Assembly (NCBI RefSeq): GCF_006345805.1
Contig: NC_042997.1
Location: 161,324,001-161,388,000 of the forward strand
Source of the DNA: Octopus sinensis
Taxonomy: Eukaryota
Direction of reading: 5' to 3'
Length of the DNA: 64,000 nucleotides
The notes beneath the pieces were generated by a model that had not been told where the DNA came from, made no database searches, and saw only the letters and a program-made list of their open reading frames with translations. Of this stretch, positions 27,469 through 41,251 are shown piece by piece. Every line of letters starts with the position of its first letter. The stretch's first letter is position 1. Made by a program: the position numbers and the translations under genes.

Positions 27469-27612
27469 TTGAAAAATACTTTAAGAATGAGAACCCAGGT
27501 TCGAAGTTTCCCCAAGACACCTGATGAAGACTGGAGGATATATCAGCCGAAACGTGTTGACAAAAAACAAGATGAGGACAAATATCCGTCAAATGTAAAT
27601 AATGTAAATAAT
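27335..27612 (+). mobile_element. tRNA-headed, (AAT)n-containing element with a hammerhead motif
   Basis: GTTAAG...GG-CTACTAA-CC anticodon-like arm, T-arm remnant, (AAT/AAC)n, then GACAC-CTGATGA-A-GACTG(10 nt)CAGCC-GAAAC-GT at 27516-27555. Confidence 0.8.
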
Positions 27613-28429
27613 TTATTTAGTAAATCCATGAGCATTTTTATCCTTAGCAAATCTTATTTTTCTTTCGATTCTTTTTTTCTTTTGGAGAATCCAAATACTG
27701 AAAAACATTTCAATTTCAAAAGAGAAAGCTTGAGTGATTTGATATAAGTGGGAAGATTATTAGTGGTAAAAATAAACTTCACAACCAAAACCAAAGAAGC
27801 AAATGCCATGTTTAAGAAATTAATAGATAAGGACTTAATACTATGTAAGCAGGGTAAATAAAATAGGAGAGCAAGTAAGCCAACAAAGAAATAGCATCCA
27901 AACATCCCTCAACTCACCCCAACCCTTACCAACTTAAAGCACATGTTCAATAATGGAATCCTACATACCCCTAAAAATACAGGATGTTCATGGCTGGAAT
28001 GCCTTTCATTATAGATCTGTTCAATCTGGGTTGACTTGGGACTAAACAACAACAATAGGTGTACAAGAGGTATAAGGGTAAATCCTAGAAAAAGAAAGGA
28101 ATACAATGAAGGCATTAATTAATTAGTTTATTGGTGCATTTAACAGTTACAGCAGTTCATGACTAAAAGCTATGAACTGATGTGATGTTTAATGGCAGTA
28201 ATAAAAGCAATTAACATATCAGTCACAGGTAATTATTAAATTAATTTTGATTACTGATTCATGCTATTGTTCATACAGGGTTGAAAACCCATGCTGCTGC
28301 TTTCAGTGAAGTTTAGCTCTAACTCTTTTACTTACTTCAGTTATTGGACTGAAGTGATATTGAGGCACTCATATCAACACTAGTACTTATACTTAAATCT
28401 GGTACTTCCTTTGGTAATCTGTATTTAAT

Positions 28430-28620
28430 GCCTCACTATGACATTACAACCAGCCAGGCAAAGTCTTCGCTACATTTGCGACACCTGCCAGAGGGAGTGT
28501 TTGTCCAGGATAGGACTACACAGCCACAACAGATGTATTAGGACATGAAATGTAAAAGCCAGACTAGATTATTTTATGTGCAACTCCATTGTCTCCCAAG
28601 TCAAAAAGGATGCCAACAAG
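28430..28620 (+). mobile_element. RTE (BovB-like) LINE 3' end
   Basis: YICDTCQRECLSRIGLHSHNRC* C-terminal zinc motif typical of RTE, followed by a short 3' UTR. Confidence 0.8.
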
Positions 28621-28722
28621 TTATGGAATATAAACACACATGCCATAATTTTCAGACAGCATCTATGCAAAGACAGACATAGAGAGGGGCACAAAGTGAC
28701 ACATACACATACAGAACATGCT

Positions 28723-28759
<37 letters not shown>

Positions 28760-29149
28760 GTGTATGTGTATGCGTGTGTGTGTGTGTGTGTGGTGTGAGT
28801 GAGTGTGTGTGTATGTACATGTGTGTGTTTGTATGTGTGTGGACATGTGTGTGTGTTTGTATGTGTACATGTGTGCGTATTTATGTGTGTGTGTGTGAAT
28901 AATATAGTGAGGGTGCATGCCCTAGTAGTTAAGCTGTTGCACTCACAATTGTTAGATCAAGGGTTCAATTCCCAGTCATGGCAAAACACTTCATTTCACG
29001 TTGTTCCAATCCCGCTTTGACCTGTTCACCTAACCAGCAGGGTAGTGTCATTTAAATGTTAAAACAATGCAAAATGCATTGTGACCACCGATGTTTAACA
29101 GCATTTGATAGTCTGGTTAGTTTCATGATCATGTGATATATATATATAT

Positions 29150-29311
29150 GATCATCCTTTTTTTCTCTCCTTGTTTATTCTGTGTTCCTTTCTGTAGAAG
29201 AGCATAGGCTCGAAATGTAAAAGACTTTTTCTATTCCTGAGCGTTACACTAATATATCTCTTTGTTTTTGTACACCACCTGTCTTCGTCTTTTTTTTTTT
29301 TCGTAAACTCT

Positions 29312-29320
<9 letters not shown>
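29150..29320 (+). mobile_element. Pseudo-LTR-like repeat with a CUGUNGA hammerhead-like motif, copy 1
   Basis: CTTT-CTGTAGA-A-GAGC(atag)GCTC-GAAAT-GTA-AAAG at 29188-29223; (TA)n on both sides. Confidence 0.7.
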
Positions 29321-29347
<27 letters not shown>

Positions 29348-29919
29348 GCGAGAAGAAAATAGAGGGCAAACAACAAACAGAAGTGTGTCTTTTGCACTAG
29401 TAAACCATTATTTAATTAGTAATAAAGGTGAAAGTAAGAGTGAAGTCGTTTACAATCATTTCTGTTTACCATGGTGAGGAAAATATATATTATATATTTG
29501 CCTCGTTGCTAATGGTAGACATTGTCAGAACAAAGAAGTCAGAGGTAGAGAGATGAAGAGTGAAAGATCAATGGTTACATCGGAAAAGACAAGATCAAAG
29601 ATTCGAGTGTCTTACATTATATTGGAGTTCACAATTCGTTAAGTCCGTTATGAAGTGAATGAAGAATCTAAGTTAGTAGGACCTGTGGTCACATATTTAT
29701 TCAGTGGTATGTCTTGCACATGCCTGATATATATATATATATATATATATCTGCATGTGTGTGTGTGTGTGTTATATAATCGTTGGTTATGGCCAGTCAA
29801 AAAGTTACCATTGGTTTCTCATCTATTATTGCCCTTAGCAATAAAGGCATAAAGGCATCCCTGTTAATATGTCTGAGGTATATAAATTCTTCATGATATG
29901 TGTATACATACATATATAT

Positions 29920-29992
<73 letters not shown>

Positions 29993-30882
29993 TATATACA
30001 TATATGTAAAACAATAATCTGCATATTCATTTTTAATATGTTCTGGCAGAGTCATACACATATATGCTACTTGCTGCTGTGTTATCACAGAAGAACAAAA
30101 CATCTCCTTTTTATGATGACTATGCGTTCATAACACACTTGGCTCATTAGCACAAGGAATTCTGTGACACCGAGTGTTTCGACATGTCAAATTTCATCAA
30201 CCAGAACCTAGACATTTAAGTATAAATGAGCACAGGCCTTTTTTTTTTTTTTTTTACTAATTTCTGCTAACTTGATCTGCAAACATTTTATTCTTGTGCA
30301 ATTTTCATAAGGTGAAGATACCTTGCAGAGACAGCCACTATGTGGTCACTTCCTCTACAAGAAGCAATAGCCCAGTCATCCCGGACTTACATCCTACACT
30401 ATCACCATAAATTGGGTAATGTAGTCATAGATAACATTGTCTGAAAATCAAACAAATGGGATGGTCACAGCAAGAATGTCTTTTATTATGTGTTTGCTCA
30501 ATCAGGGCAGACTTAGAGTTATGCAACAAGAAGTTTATCATATATCTAGTTATAAATTTCTAAACCAGCCTCCCCACTCCCTATAAAATGTAAAATAACT
30601 ATAAATATCCTTCAGAACAAACCTGTCACAACTCCTACCATAGATTACATTCTCAGTAGTTTACCTATAACATCACTGTTTCCTACTCTACCACTTTTTA
30701 GTATTTTGAGTTACAAAGTAACCTTACTAGAGCTGATGCCATGGTAAAAAAGATACAGTACACTCTGTTAAATGGTTGGCATTAGGAAAGGTATGTAGAG
30801 GTAGAGTCATGCTGGAGCAAGATATGGTTCTCCTGTCTGTCTGACCATTCTACCCATACCAGCATGGAAATTAGAGATAAAA

Positions 30883-30927
<45 letters not shown>

Positions 30928-31616
30928 GTGTTGGTGGTGGTGGTGGTGGCGGCGGCGGTGGTGGCAGTGGCGGCGGTGGTGGCGGTGGTGGTGGCGGCGG
31001 CGGTGGTAGTGGTGGTGATGATGATGATGATGATGGTGAGGATGGTGATGATGGTGAGGAGGAGGAGGAGGAGGAGGAGACTCTTCTTTAAGGACTACGC
31101 AAGTAGACTTCTACATGTAAATAAAATGTATCAATTTGTCAACTGAATAGAAATCAGATTTTTCTGAAGGCATGAGAACATTTTGTTTTTTAATTAATTT
31201 TCAGTTTCTTGTAATTATTTCCCCCTTTTCTTTGTCAGTTGCTAACAAATTTCAATTCATTGAAAATTTTTAGCTTATACGATTTATTTCATCAATACTT
31301 CCTTATTTATCTTACTGATATTGTCACAATGCAGTTATTTTCTTCAGCTCAACTTTTATTATGCAATTGAGATATTATTTATTTTCAAAAATCTCTGAGA
31401 TAATGTAGCATTATTTATCAAGAATATATCTAACCAATAAAGTCTGAGTCAAAGTAACAGATGTATGACTGGCTGAGGAAGGACAAGAATTTTAAACTTA
31501 GTAATACTTTATGTTTCAATTTTATAATCTCCTGATATTGCTGTATTTTCTGTCCCTTCTCTGTTTCATTCTTTCTTTCTCAGTCACTTTTTTAAAGAAA
31601 TACACCTCTGTGTTTA

Positions 31617-32006
31617 TTAAATGTAACAATCACATTTCAGCTCCTGAAGGACCCCTCCTGCTTCATATAATGTTATGGTGACTGACTCACTCCTGGTCTC
31701 CATGGACAACTTTGTGACTCCTCCCTCATTACCTCTACTTGTATAACAAAGACATCTTTGTATAACAAAGATAACAAAGCTACATCTAATCACTACCATG
31801 ACCATATGATAGCGAATACCAATCCTTCTCAGATAAACGATGAGAAATATGAATGAGATGCTGACTAAACAATCCTCATTGCAGGCTATCCACTCCTGAG
31901 GGCAATAATACCAAATAAGAATGTTTATAGGTTCATGAAAACTCTTTGGTTCTTTCACAAGAAACAACCCTTCTAGTGCTGATGCCACAAAACATATCCA
32001 TTCCAC
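31617..32006 (-). pseudogene. Possible degenerate piggyBac-like transposase remnant
   Basis: YYCPQEWIACNEDCLV...IVYLRRIG..Y..MVMVV...YTSRGNEGGVTKL loosely follows the piggyBac DDD-region layout; catalytic residues are not clearly retained. Confidence 0.3.
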
Positions 32007-33413
32007 TATATGTCATGAAACAACCAAATTCACTAGGGTTCTCTGCTTCTATGTGTACCAAATTACACAAATGATGATGACTGATGAGAACCAGTCAGCT
32101 TATCCCAGCATAACAAAGAAAACATAAAATAGGAATAGTATGCAAATTATTGTAGGTATAAGCACAGGCTCCCCAACCACATGGTTTTAGGTTCAGCTCC
32201 ACTGCACAGCAACTTGGGCAAGTATCTTAGCCTCAAGCCAACCAAAAAACTGAAAGAAACCCATATATATGTATCTATGTATGCAAGTGTGTGTGTGTGT
32301 ATGTATGTGTGTCTGTGTCTATGTGTGTCCTTCTCTTGACATTATGTGATAATTGTTAACAAGTATCATTGTCATGCAAGCAGTCTTTTGCTTCAATCAT
32401 TTGTCAAGATATGCTTAGCCATGGGGAAATATAACTTTACTTGGAAACAAGTGAGGGTTGGCAACAGGACAGATAGTTGGCTGTAGTAAATCTGCCTCAA
32501 TGAATTCCATCAGACCTATGCAAGCATGGGAAAGTGGACATTAAAATGATACTAATGATAATGATAATGATGACAATAATGAACTAATGATGATGATAGT
32601 GACAGCAATAATGACGATGATGATGATGATGATGATGATGCCAATGATGTGGTGATATGATGGTGATGATGAGGATGATGAGGATGATTTATATGGAAAT
32701 GATGATGGTGATAAAATTTTGATAACCTTTTTTCTGTATCTAAAAACTTCTGTCTATTCATCAAGCATGTTCATGCTAACAATGCTTCATTTTTGAGTTT
32801 CAGTAAGGCAAAATCGTACCTGTTGCTGTCACCATACCCACTGACACAATTGTAAGACAAAATTTTCTCATACATATGAGAATGTATGAGAATTAATTTC
32901 TTGCGAATTAACATATAATTTCTCGAGATTATCTCCCTTTTGTTCTTTGTAAGTCGTGAATAATTACTGCTAGTTTAGTTTCTGTTTTCTTCCTACTACA
33001 AGGTAAATTTCAATCCAGTTCATTAAGACTACTTTACATATGTTATTCAATATATCAACATCTACATGATTTATAAACTAAATAGGAACCCACTGCAAGA
33101 TCGCTGCAACTAGAGGATACATGAAAAATACAGTGAGTCAATCAACAGTGGTAATCAACACTTCAAACTTCATAAGTGTTTTCATACAACAGGTAGGGTG
33201 TTATAACACATGGCTGAATATCACAGACTACTGTATTATTAGATCACATAAGGTAGTTGGTAAGTTTTGTTATTTAAGTAGCTAATTAGATGTAAGTGAC
33301 AGAACCAAGAATGGAGCAGAGTTTAGTGTTTCACTTCCTTAGAATGTTATAGATTTTCTGTCTGTTAGAGAGCGTGTAAGTGTGTAGAGCCAGAGAAAAT
33401 GAGGTAGATAGAT

Positions 33414-33451
<38 letters not shown>

Positions 33452-34001
33452 GGAGGAAAAATAAAAGGGTAGTGAAGGAGAAAGAGACTAAGAGACTAAG
33501 GAGTATAGGCATTAGTGTGCAGGTATTAAAGAGACATACAGTTGAATGCTCACTTCTGAAATTTAATGATGCCAAAAACTGTAAAGACTATAAATATGAA
33601 GACCATAAAAAGTTAAAAGTATGTTTATCATCATCCTAATCGTCATCATTGTCAACCTCATCATCATCACCATCACCACCATCACCATCATTGCCACCAT
33701 TATCACCACCATCACCACCAACACCATCTTCATCATCATCATTGTCATCATCATTATTTAACATCCACTTTTCTATGCTTGTATGGTTCAGATATAATTT
33801 GTTGAGGCCAGATTATCTACGACTGAATCTCTTTCCTTCCACCAACCTTTGTCTGCTTCCACCCAAGGTGATATTTCCCTATGGCTAGTCATGTTTTTCA
33901 TGGAAGACTGGAAATAAACAGCCTCATCTGCATGACAATTTTATTCATTTACAATCATTACATCAAGACAAGAGTACACACATGCATACATGCATGCTCT
34001 T

Positions 34002-34099
<98 letters not shown>

Positions 34100-35949
34100 C
34101 ATGGGTATCTTTTAGTTTTTGTGTACCAAATCCACTCACAAGGCTTTGATCAGACCAGGCTATAATGAAAGACGCTTGCCCAAGGTGCTGCACAGTGGGA
34201 CAGAACCCATAACCCAAGCTTCTCAATCCACACAGCTATAACTCATAAATGACTTCTAATGGTAGATTTGAAAAGGACTGACCGAAAATTCACCTTTAAG
34301 TTATCAGAATAGAATTCGGTTAACAAGTAATGCGATTTATGCCAAATACTACCATCAGAAAATTGTTGGTGCTGTTGCTGTTGTTGTTGCTGCTGTTGTT
34401 GTTGTTGATGATGATGAGGATGAAGATGATAATGATGATGATGAGGATGAAGATGATAATGATGATGATGATGATGACGACGACGACGACGACGACAACG
34501 ACGACGATGATGATGATGATAATAGTGAAGTGGTTTTATTGTAATCATTGTTGTAGTTGTTGCAGTTGTTGTTGCGTAGTCCTAAAACAGCCTTGATTAA
34601 ACAAAGCCAACATTAACAGCATGACCATCCCATATTTTTGTATAGCAAGACAACATTGTCCAATATGTCTTAACATTTCTGTTATGATGGCAGGTCTAAT
34701 TTGCAGTACATTCTGTAGCCATTTCTAACAGATTAAATAATGACAGTTCTCATTCTTGCTGTTAATGACGATGAAGCTTTTGTTATTATTACTGATGTAC
34801 TTTTGTTTAGTTCTTATTAAACAGATTTATATTAAAATGCAATCCCATCATGAACATCCCATCTCATTTTCTGTATTGTGTATCCAAACTACATCATCTA
34901 ATATGTCCTTTCTTAAGAGGGTGGGTATGATTTGAAAGATAACAGTTCAAGTTGTTATAGTCCAACCTAAAATTACTTGGATGACCAGGAAGAAGAATAT
35001 TTCAAGAAGTATTACAAATTCTGAAAAATCAGCTTTATTTTCTAATTTTGGCCCTTATTCTCACACTGTTTACTTCTAATAAAGTAATGGTAAATAAGGC
35101 AGTGAGCTGGTAGAATTGTTACTGCACTGGACACAATGCTTAGTGACATTTCTTCTGACTTTACATTCTGAGTGCAAGTACTGCCAGGAGTAACTTCAGC
35201 TTTCATCCTTTTGGGGTCAATTGAAAGCAATATAGTAATGGTAAATAATGAGCTAATGTTGCAGAACAATTTACAATATAAATATTTAGATACATCACTA
35301 TGTGGACATCTATTGATATGAAATAATTTTAAGAAAGCAAAACAAAACTGGAACAAATCAAAGTTTAGAAATATATCTGAAACTAGTTTTGTTTACTGAG
35401 TGAAATTTAAGGAATTTATTTTGGATAATAATAGTTAAAGATGAGATTTGTAAGAAGGAGAAAAATTAGTTTTAAAAACCAAAAATATCGTTTTATTCTA
35501 GTTCTCTGCCTTATCTTGTTTATTAGAATCTTTCAGGCCACCACTGATAAGTTTCATATAGATTGGCCATGAAAATTCTTATATGCTACTGACCTACTTT
35601 GACAGCTGATTAAGAGAAGAAATTCCAGACTTGAATCAAAATATAGACTCAAGATAAACTCAGCAAAGATTAAATCTTTGGTAAGTAGAAAAGAAAATAG
35701 GACCCTGCTACCACTAGGGAAATGGCAATGATTCATATGCAGAAAAGAAGTTGATACAAACTTTATACATTACACCAAGTGTAAACTAAAGACCCACAAG
35801 AAATTTAGTTAGATCACAGGTAAACTAAAAGAAAAGAAAGACTTCATGTGTAGCAGTTGAACAGGATTAGTAAGCACTAAGAACACACATAAAATAGATT
35901 TGCTCAAATGCACAAACTGCTCCCAAGAAGTAATGGATAGTTTTGTTAC

Positions 35950-36440
35950 CTAGATGATCTCATTAGCAGTAGAGATAGGTGCTCCAAAATAGGAGTAGAG
36001 ATAGGTGCACCAAAGTAAGTACAAATTAGTAACAAGAGAATTCTCTTTTTGAGTGAATAACAAAATGTATGATACTTGTAAATAAACTGCATTGTACAGC
36101 AGTGAAATATGGGCTTTGAATGCAAAGAATTTGTGAAGACTAGGATGAAACAGTGAGCATGACCAGCTAGATGTGTAATGTTAGTGTACATGAATGATGT
36201 AGTATAAATGAGCTGAGAGAAAAACTGGATATAAAAGGTGACCAGATGTAGCATGTGATGGCACAGGCATGCAATGCACATGGATCCCTTTACAAAAATG
36301 TGCAGCACATTCAAACTGAGTGAATCTGTGGAAGCAGAAGGTCTAGACATTGATGAAATGATGAAAACTGATCTAAAGATGTCAGATCATAAAGGAGATG
36401 ACAAAGGATCACAGCAATTGGTGACACATAGCTCTAAAGA
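35950..36440 (+). mobile_element. Degenerate RTE LINE, post-RT region
   Basis: KMYDTC, LYSSEIWAL, MCNVSVHE, ELREKLDIKG fragments in shifting frames. Confidence 0.7.
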
Positions 36441-36609
36441 AGATCCAATGTCCTCGCAAGCATTAAAATGATTGTAGCTATAGAGGTTGTAAAGTACTTA
36501 TCTACAGTTTGCTTATTGTTCAATATATCCCTGTTAATCTCTCTCATCCTCTCATCACTTATTCTTTCCTATCAGTCTCTCTTCATTCTTTTTCTCTTTT
36601 CATACATTT

Positions 36610-36810
36610 ACGTGCAGGTGGCACGTAAAAAGCACCCACTACACTCACGGAGTGGTTGGCGTTAGGAAGGGCATCCAGCTGTAGAAACATTGCCAGATAA
36701 GACCGGAGCCTGGTGCAGCCTTCTGGTTTCCCAGATCCCCGGTCGAACCATCCAACCCATGCTAGCATGGAGAACGGACGTTAAACGATGATGATGATGA
36801 TGATGATGAT
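36610..36810 (+). mobile_element. SINE family C (RTE-like tail, (GAT)n end)
   Basis: 'ggttggcgttaggaagggcatccagctgtagaaac...ccatgctagcatgg...cgttaaacgatgatgat'; homologues at ~19.7 kb (minus strand), 42.1, 49.2 and 62.6 kb. Confidence 0.85.
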
Positions 36811-38115
36811 ACTGCAGCACACAATCTCTTTCATTACTCCATTATTCTCTCCTCTACTTTCTCATTTCAATCACTGTTTCTCCAGCAAACTCCCATTCCT
36901 AATTCTCTCTTCTATTTATTGTCTTAGTGATGTTGCCTTTCTTGAAAAGGAGACACTACAGAGGATAGTACAGAGGATTCTTTAATCTTGCAAAGAAAAA
37001 GGTAATGACAACTAAGCTATAGCATGATAAAATTCACCTAGTACTTTCTGTTAAGTAGTTAGTGAAAGAGTAGAAACAACACTATGTTGAGGAGAATTTT
37101 TGATTTATCTGAAAATAAGACAGGCTTTCTATTGCTGGGGCCTTGATAAAAGACATTGTGTACAGTGTAAAGTTGTAGACATGCTTTCAATAGCATAAGA
37201 CTGTAGGAAACATGTCAAAATGGAATGGTCTGAGCAAAATATGTCCTTCTGAACCATTTAGGATAGCAGTAATTCCAAGTAAGAACTGCTTAAAATGTGA
37301 CAGAAAAAATGATGATGATAATATATATTTCCCTTTTCCTCTGTAATCATAGAGGTGCGGGCATGGTTGTGTGCTTAACAAGTTTGTTTCACTACCATGT
37401 AGTTTTGGGTTCAATCCCACTGTGCGGAACTTTGAGCAAGTATCTTTTATGGTAGCCTTAGGACGACTAATATCTTGAAAGTGAAATTTCATTGACAGAA
37501 ACTGTGTGGACCCCCAATAAACATGTGTGTGTGTGATTTGTATACATATCTAGATCTGAGTTTATGTTTAAAGCTAGTGCTGCATCAAAAAGTATAACTT
37601 TGCTATTTCTTCTTAGAAGAATGTCTATGAAAGTAATATATGATTAATGCCTAATATAGAGACTCAACCATTTTAATGAGTCTCAACCTAAAAGTTATGA
37701 ACTGCTTTATAGACCATTAAATATAAGTGATACATAGAAAATTTCTTTGGCCAAATGCAGCTCATGAATATTAGTGGTAGAATCATTTCTAAAGAAATAT
37801 CTAGAAATGAGAGCAGGAGTCAAAATAAATGGTAAAAAGTAAAGTAGTCAAAATATAAATATCAGAATAGAATGTAAAAAACTCCAAAAGTGGTACAGTT
37901 TTCTTTGGCTCATGCTAAGCCTTAAATAGAAGTGAGCAGCTAATGTTAGTTAAAAAGAGACTGATCTATAGATTTGTTTGAAATGTCTAAATACATTCAA
38001 GTTTATCCATAATAGAGAACTGCTTTTCTTTACTATATTAATTTTGTAGACGAAGTTAAAAATTTTAGTCCTTACTTTTTAAAAACACTGGTATATTAAA
38101 TCAATTAGTACAAGA

Positions 38116-39832
38116 CTATTTCTTCTGGATAATATTCTCTGTTGTTGACATGGTCATTTCTTCTCCAGTGTAAGACTCTGCATTTGAAGATATTTTTACT
38201 TCTTGGTTGCTCATTCTTGACATAGTCTCCACTGTTTCACTTGCATTTGCCATTAGATGATGTTCACTGCTATTTGAACTTGCTATGTTACTGTTCTGGA
38301 AAGAACTGGAAGAAGCTGTTTTTGTAATAGCTGACTGATCCGAAATTGAAGCTACATTTGAGTATTGTTTTTGCTCTTGTGATTGTGAGTTGTATTCTTT
38401 AGAAGCTGTGACTGTTTGAATTTCTTGTTTCATTGATTTGGTTTCTATTGCACCTGTCTGAAACTGCGCACCATGTGACATACTTGAATATGCTTGCCTT
38501 TCTTGCATCATTGATGAAGATTCCATAGTAGCTGTGTGAAATGGTTTTTCTCTATCAACTATGGGCTGAGCTTTTTCAGAAAACAAGCTACTTTCATTAG
38601 TAGCTGAATAAAGATTTTTTTCTTTCATCAATGACTTAGATTCCATTGTAGTGCTAAAAGATTCCTGCTTCTCTCTTGTTAATGTACTCTCTTTCAAATC
38701 AAAGGAAGACTGCTTTCCTCTAATGGAAGAAAGTATATCTTTTGTTTCATCCACCTCAAAACTAGCTTCTCTTGATGCTGAAATCGAATTTGACATTTTT
38801 TTAGTAATAGATGCAGATAGGTCACTCGATGGTAGGGTCTCCTTGGTAACTGATTTGTAGGATTTATTCAGCCCTTTCATTTCTGAAGTCATATAGTAGT
38901 CATCATCAATACTCAGTTCTTTCCTCATGTCAGTTTTAGAGGCAGTTGCTAATTTCCTACTGTCCTCTTTAATTCCTAACCCTTCATCAGATGATAAGCT
39001 AGAACTATATTTCATTCTTTCAGCTGTACCAGCCAGAGCAGATTTAGATGAAGCACCAATGTACTTTCGACTTTCTTGCACAGCAGCTCTACTCTCTTCT
39101 AATAGTGATTTATAGTCAGATGTTTGGGATTTTTGCATTGTAGAAGTATCTTTTGACATAGCCATAGCAGTTTTACTGCTTATCTGACTTCCAATAATAT
39201 TTTCTCTTGGTTTAGCTGAATATGTTGGTAAGTCATCAGTGAAACTTTTATTTTGCCTTAAACTATCAGTAGTTTTATTTTGCCTTAAACTGTCAGAAGT
39301 TTTGTTTTGTCTTAAACTATCAATAGTTCTTTGTTGCCTTGGCAAATCAATTTCCTTTTTATAGCTGAAATCTTCAGTACTTCTTTGTTTATAACTAGAC
39401 ATCTTTGTGTCTGAGTATGATTGATGCTGACTGTATTTAGATTTCCAATTCGAATTTAACTCCATATCTGTTTCAGAAGTACTACTAAGAGAAGTCAAAT
39501 TTCTAGAAAGAGATTTAGCATAATTTGCACTTGCATATTTATCATAAGTTCTCTCCTTTGGTTTTACCTCATATGACTCACTAGTCCAGCCATATTTTTT
39601 ATTTTCTTTAACCTCACTTTCTGTTGGTAGTTTGAATTTCCTCTCAGGTATATCATTCAAACCAGAGGCAATTGGACTCAGACGGGAAGAAGATCCCTTT
39701 TGCTCTTCATATTTTTTGGCATAGTCTCTTAATTTCAAACTCATAAATACATTTTCTTTTCGCATTTTTGTCATATCACTTGATAGTTGTAACCACTTGT
39801 GTTCTAAACAGTCATCAACTGTCATACGATTT
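38116..39832 (-). CDS. unc-89: Obscurin/UNC-89-like, terminal coding exon (kinase end + ~557-aa Ser-rich tail)
   Basis: AG acceptor at 39833-39834; phase 2 completes Gly; NRMTVDDCLEHKWL; open to TAG at 38116-38118. Confidence 0.88.
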
Positions 39833-41055
39833 CTGAAATTAAAAAAAAATGTAATTAATATAAAATATTTATTTTATATACATTTTCAATTTTCTGAAAT
39901 ATTTATCAATTATTCACAATTTAAACAGCTTTCTCCTTAAGAATAATAAATATATTTAATTAAATGCAGTCAGTCTCTGTTTAATGCATATTTCTATATA
40001 GTTCACCCTCAGAAACTTTTCTGTCAATATCTAAATTAACCCTGATTAATTTAGTGGGTGGTATTAGATAATAATTTATTCCTAAATGACTTCAATTCTG
40101 TAGAGTCAAAAATACAAATGTGGAGTATTTGTCATTGTCCACAATATTCATGCATTTATCAATCCAAAATTGAAACAGTTCCTAAACTTGACATTTTGTA
40201 AGCTTATCTCTACAGTGATTGCTATAAGATATTGAATAGACATTGCTTTCAGTAATACAGTAGTACTACTAATAATACTGCTAATGTGCTTGATATACAA
40301 CTGTATGGATATAGTCATTGCATCTTACATGACAACTAAGATTTTAGGGATAAGAAATAAAAAGTTAAAATATTTCTGATTTTCTCAAAGGTATCAATAA
40401 CTAAAACATTAGCTACATTTCTAATTAAGTATCAAAACCAATCAAAGGCTGATAAAAGTGATCTTGTTTTCTAGCCCAGCCAAAGAATAATGTTAGTTAA
40501 CCTCTAATATTTTTGTTTATCACTACATCAATCCTACTGTGGTTATTTATGATGTTGGAAATATTGGAAATAAGCAAGCACACATTTTATGTTTTTATTA
40601 CAGCCAGTAGAGTAGGTTTGTTGAGACATCACCTTCATTTTATAATGCTTGAAAATGTAAAAATACAAGAGAAAATAATGTGCCAATCAAGAAGAATGGA
40701 TTGATAGAATTGCTAGAGCAAGGGATAGGATATCTTACAGTATCTGTTCTGGCTCTTTGCATTCTGAGCTCAAATACCACCTTGATGCTAATGGCATGAG
40801 TTAATCACTCAACCATGAAAGCACCATGTCCAACCCAAAATTAGTGACTGTGGTCAGCTAAGTCTACAACCAACATAGAAAAACCAGCTGCAAACACAGT
40901 GAATTGACAACAGCTGAATGGAATTAAAAAAATATGGTAAAACAAAGGCAATGCAGTCTTATAAAAGTAATTTTTAAAAACTCTAAAGAAGAAGGACACA
41001 ACAATAAAACCTAAACATTTTTACATTTAACCAGTGATCTTATCTTCTCAGTCAT

Positions 41056-41107
<52 letters not shown>

Positions 41108-41220
41108 CCATCATCATCAATTATTTATATCTCACGCTGGCATATAAATAAATGTACATATGTCTATTCATTTGTATGTATGTATGTATTTATGTATGCA
41201 TGCATGTGTGTGTATGTGTG

Positions 41221-41251
<31 letters not shown>

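Noticed and set aside
30165-30205. Further hammerhead-like string on the minus strand (TTGATGA...GTC-GAAAC)
   Set aside because: C3 and the G10.1-C11.1 pair are broken and no stem I is evident; it cannot be supported from one copy.
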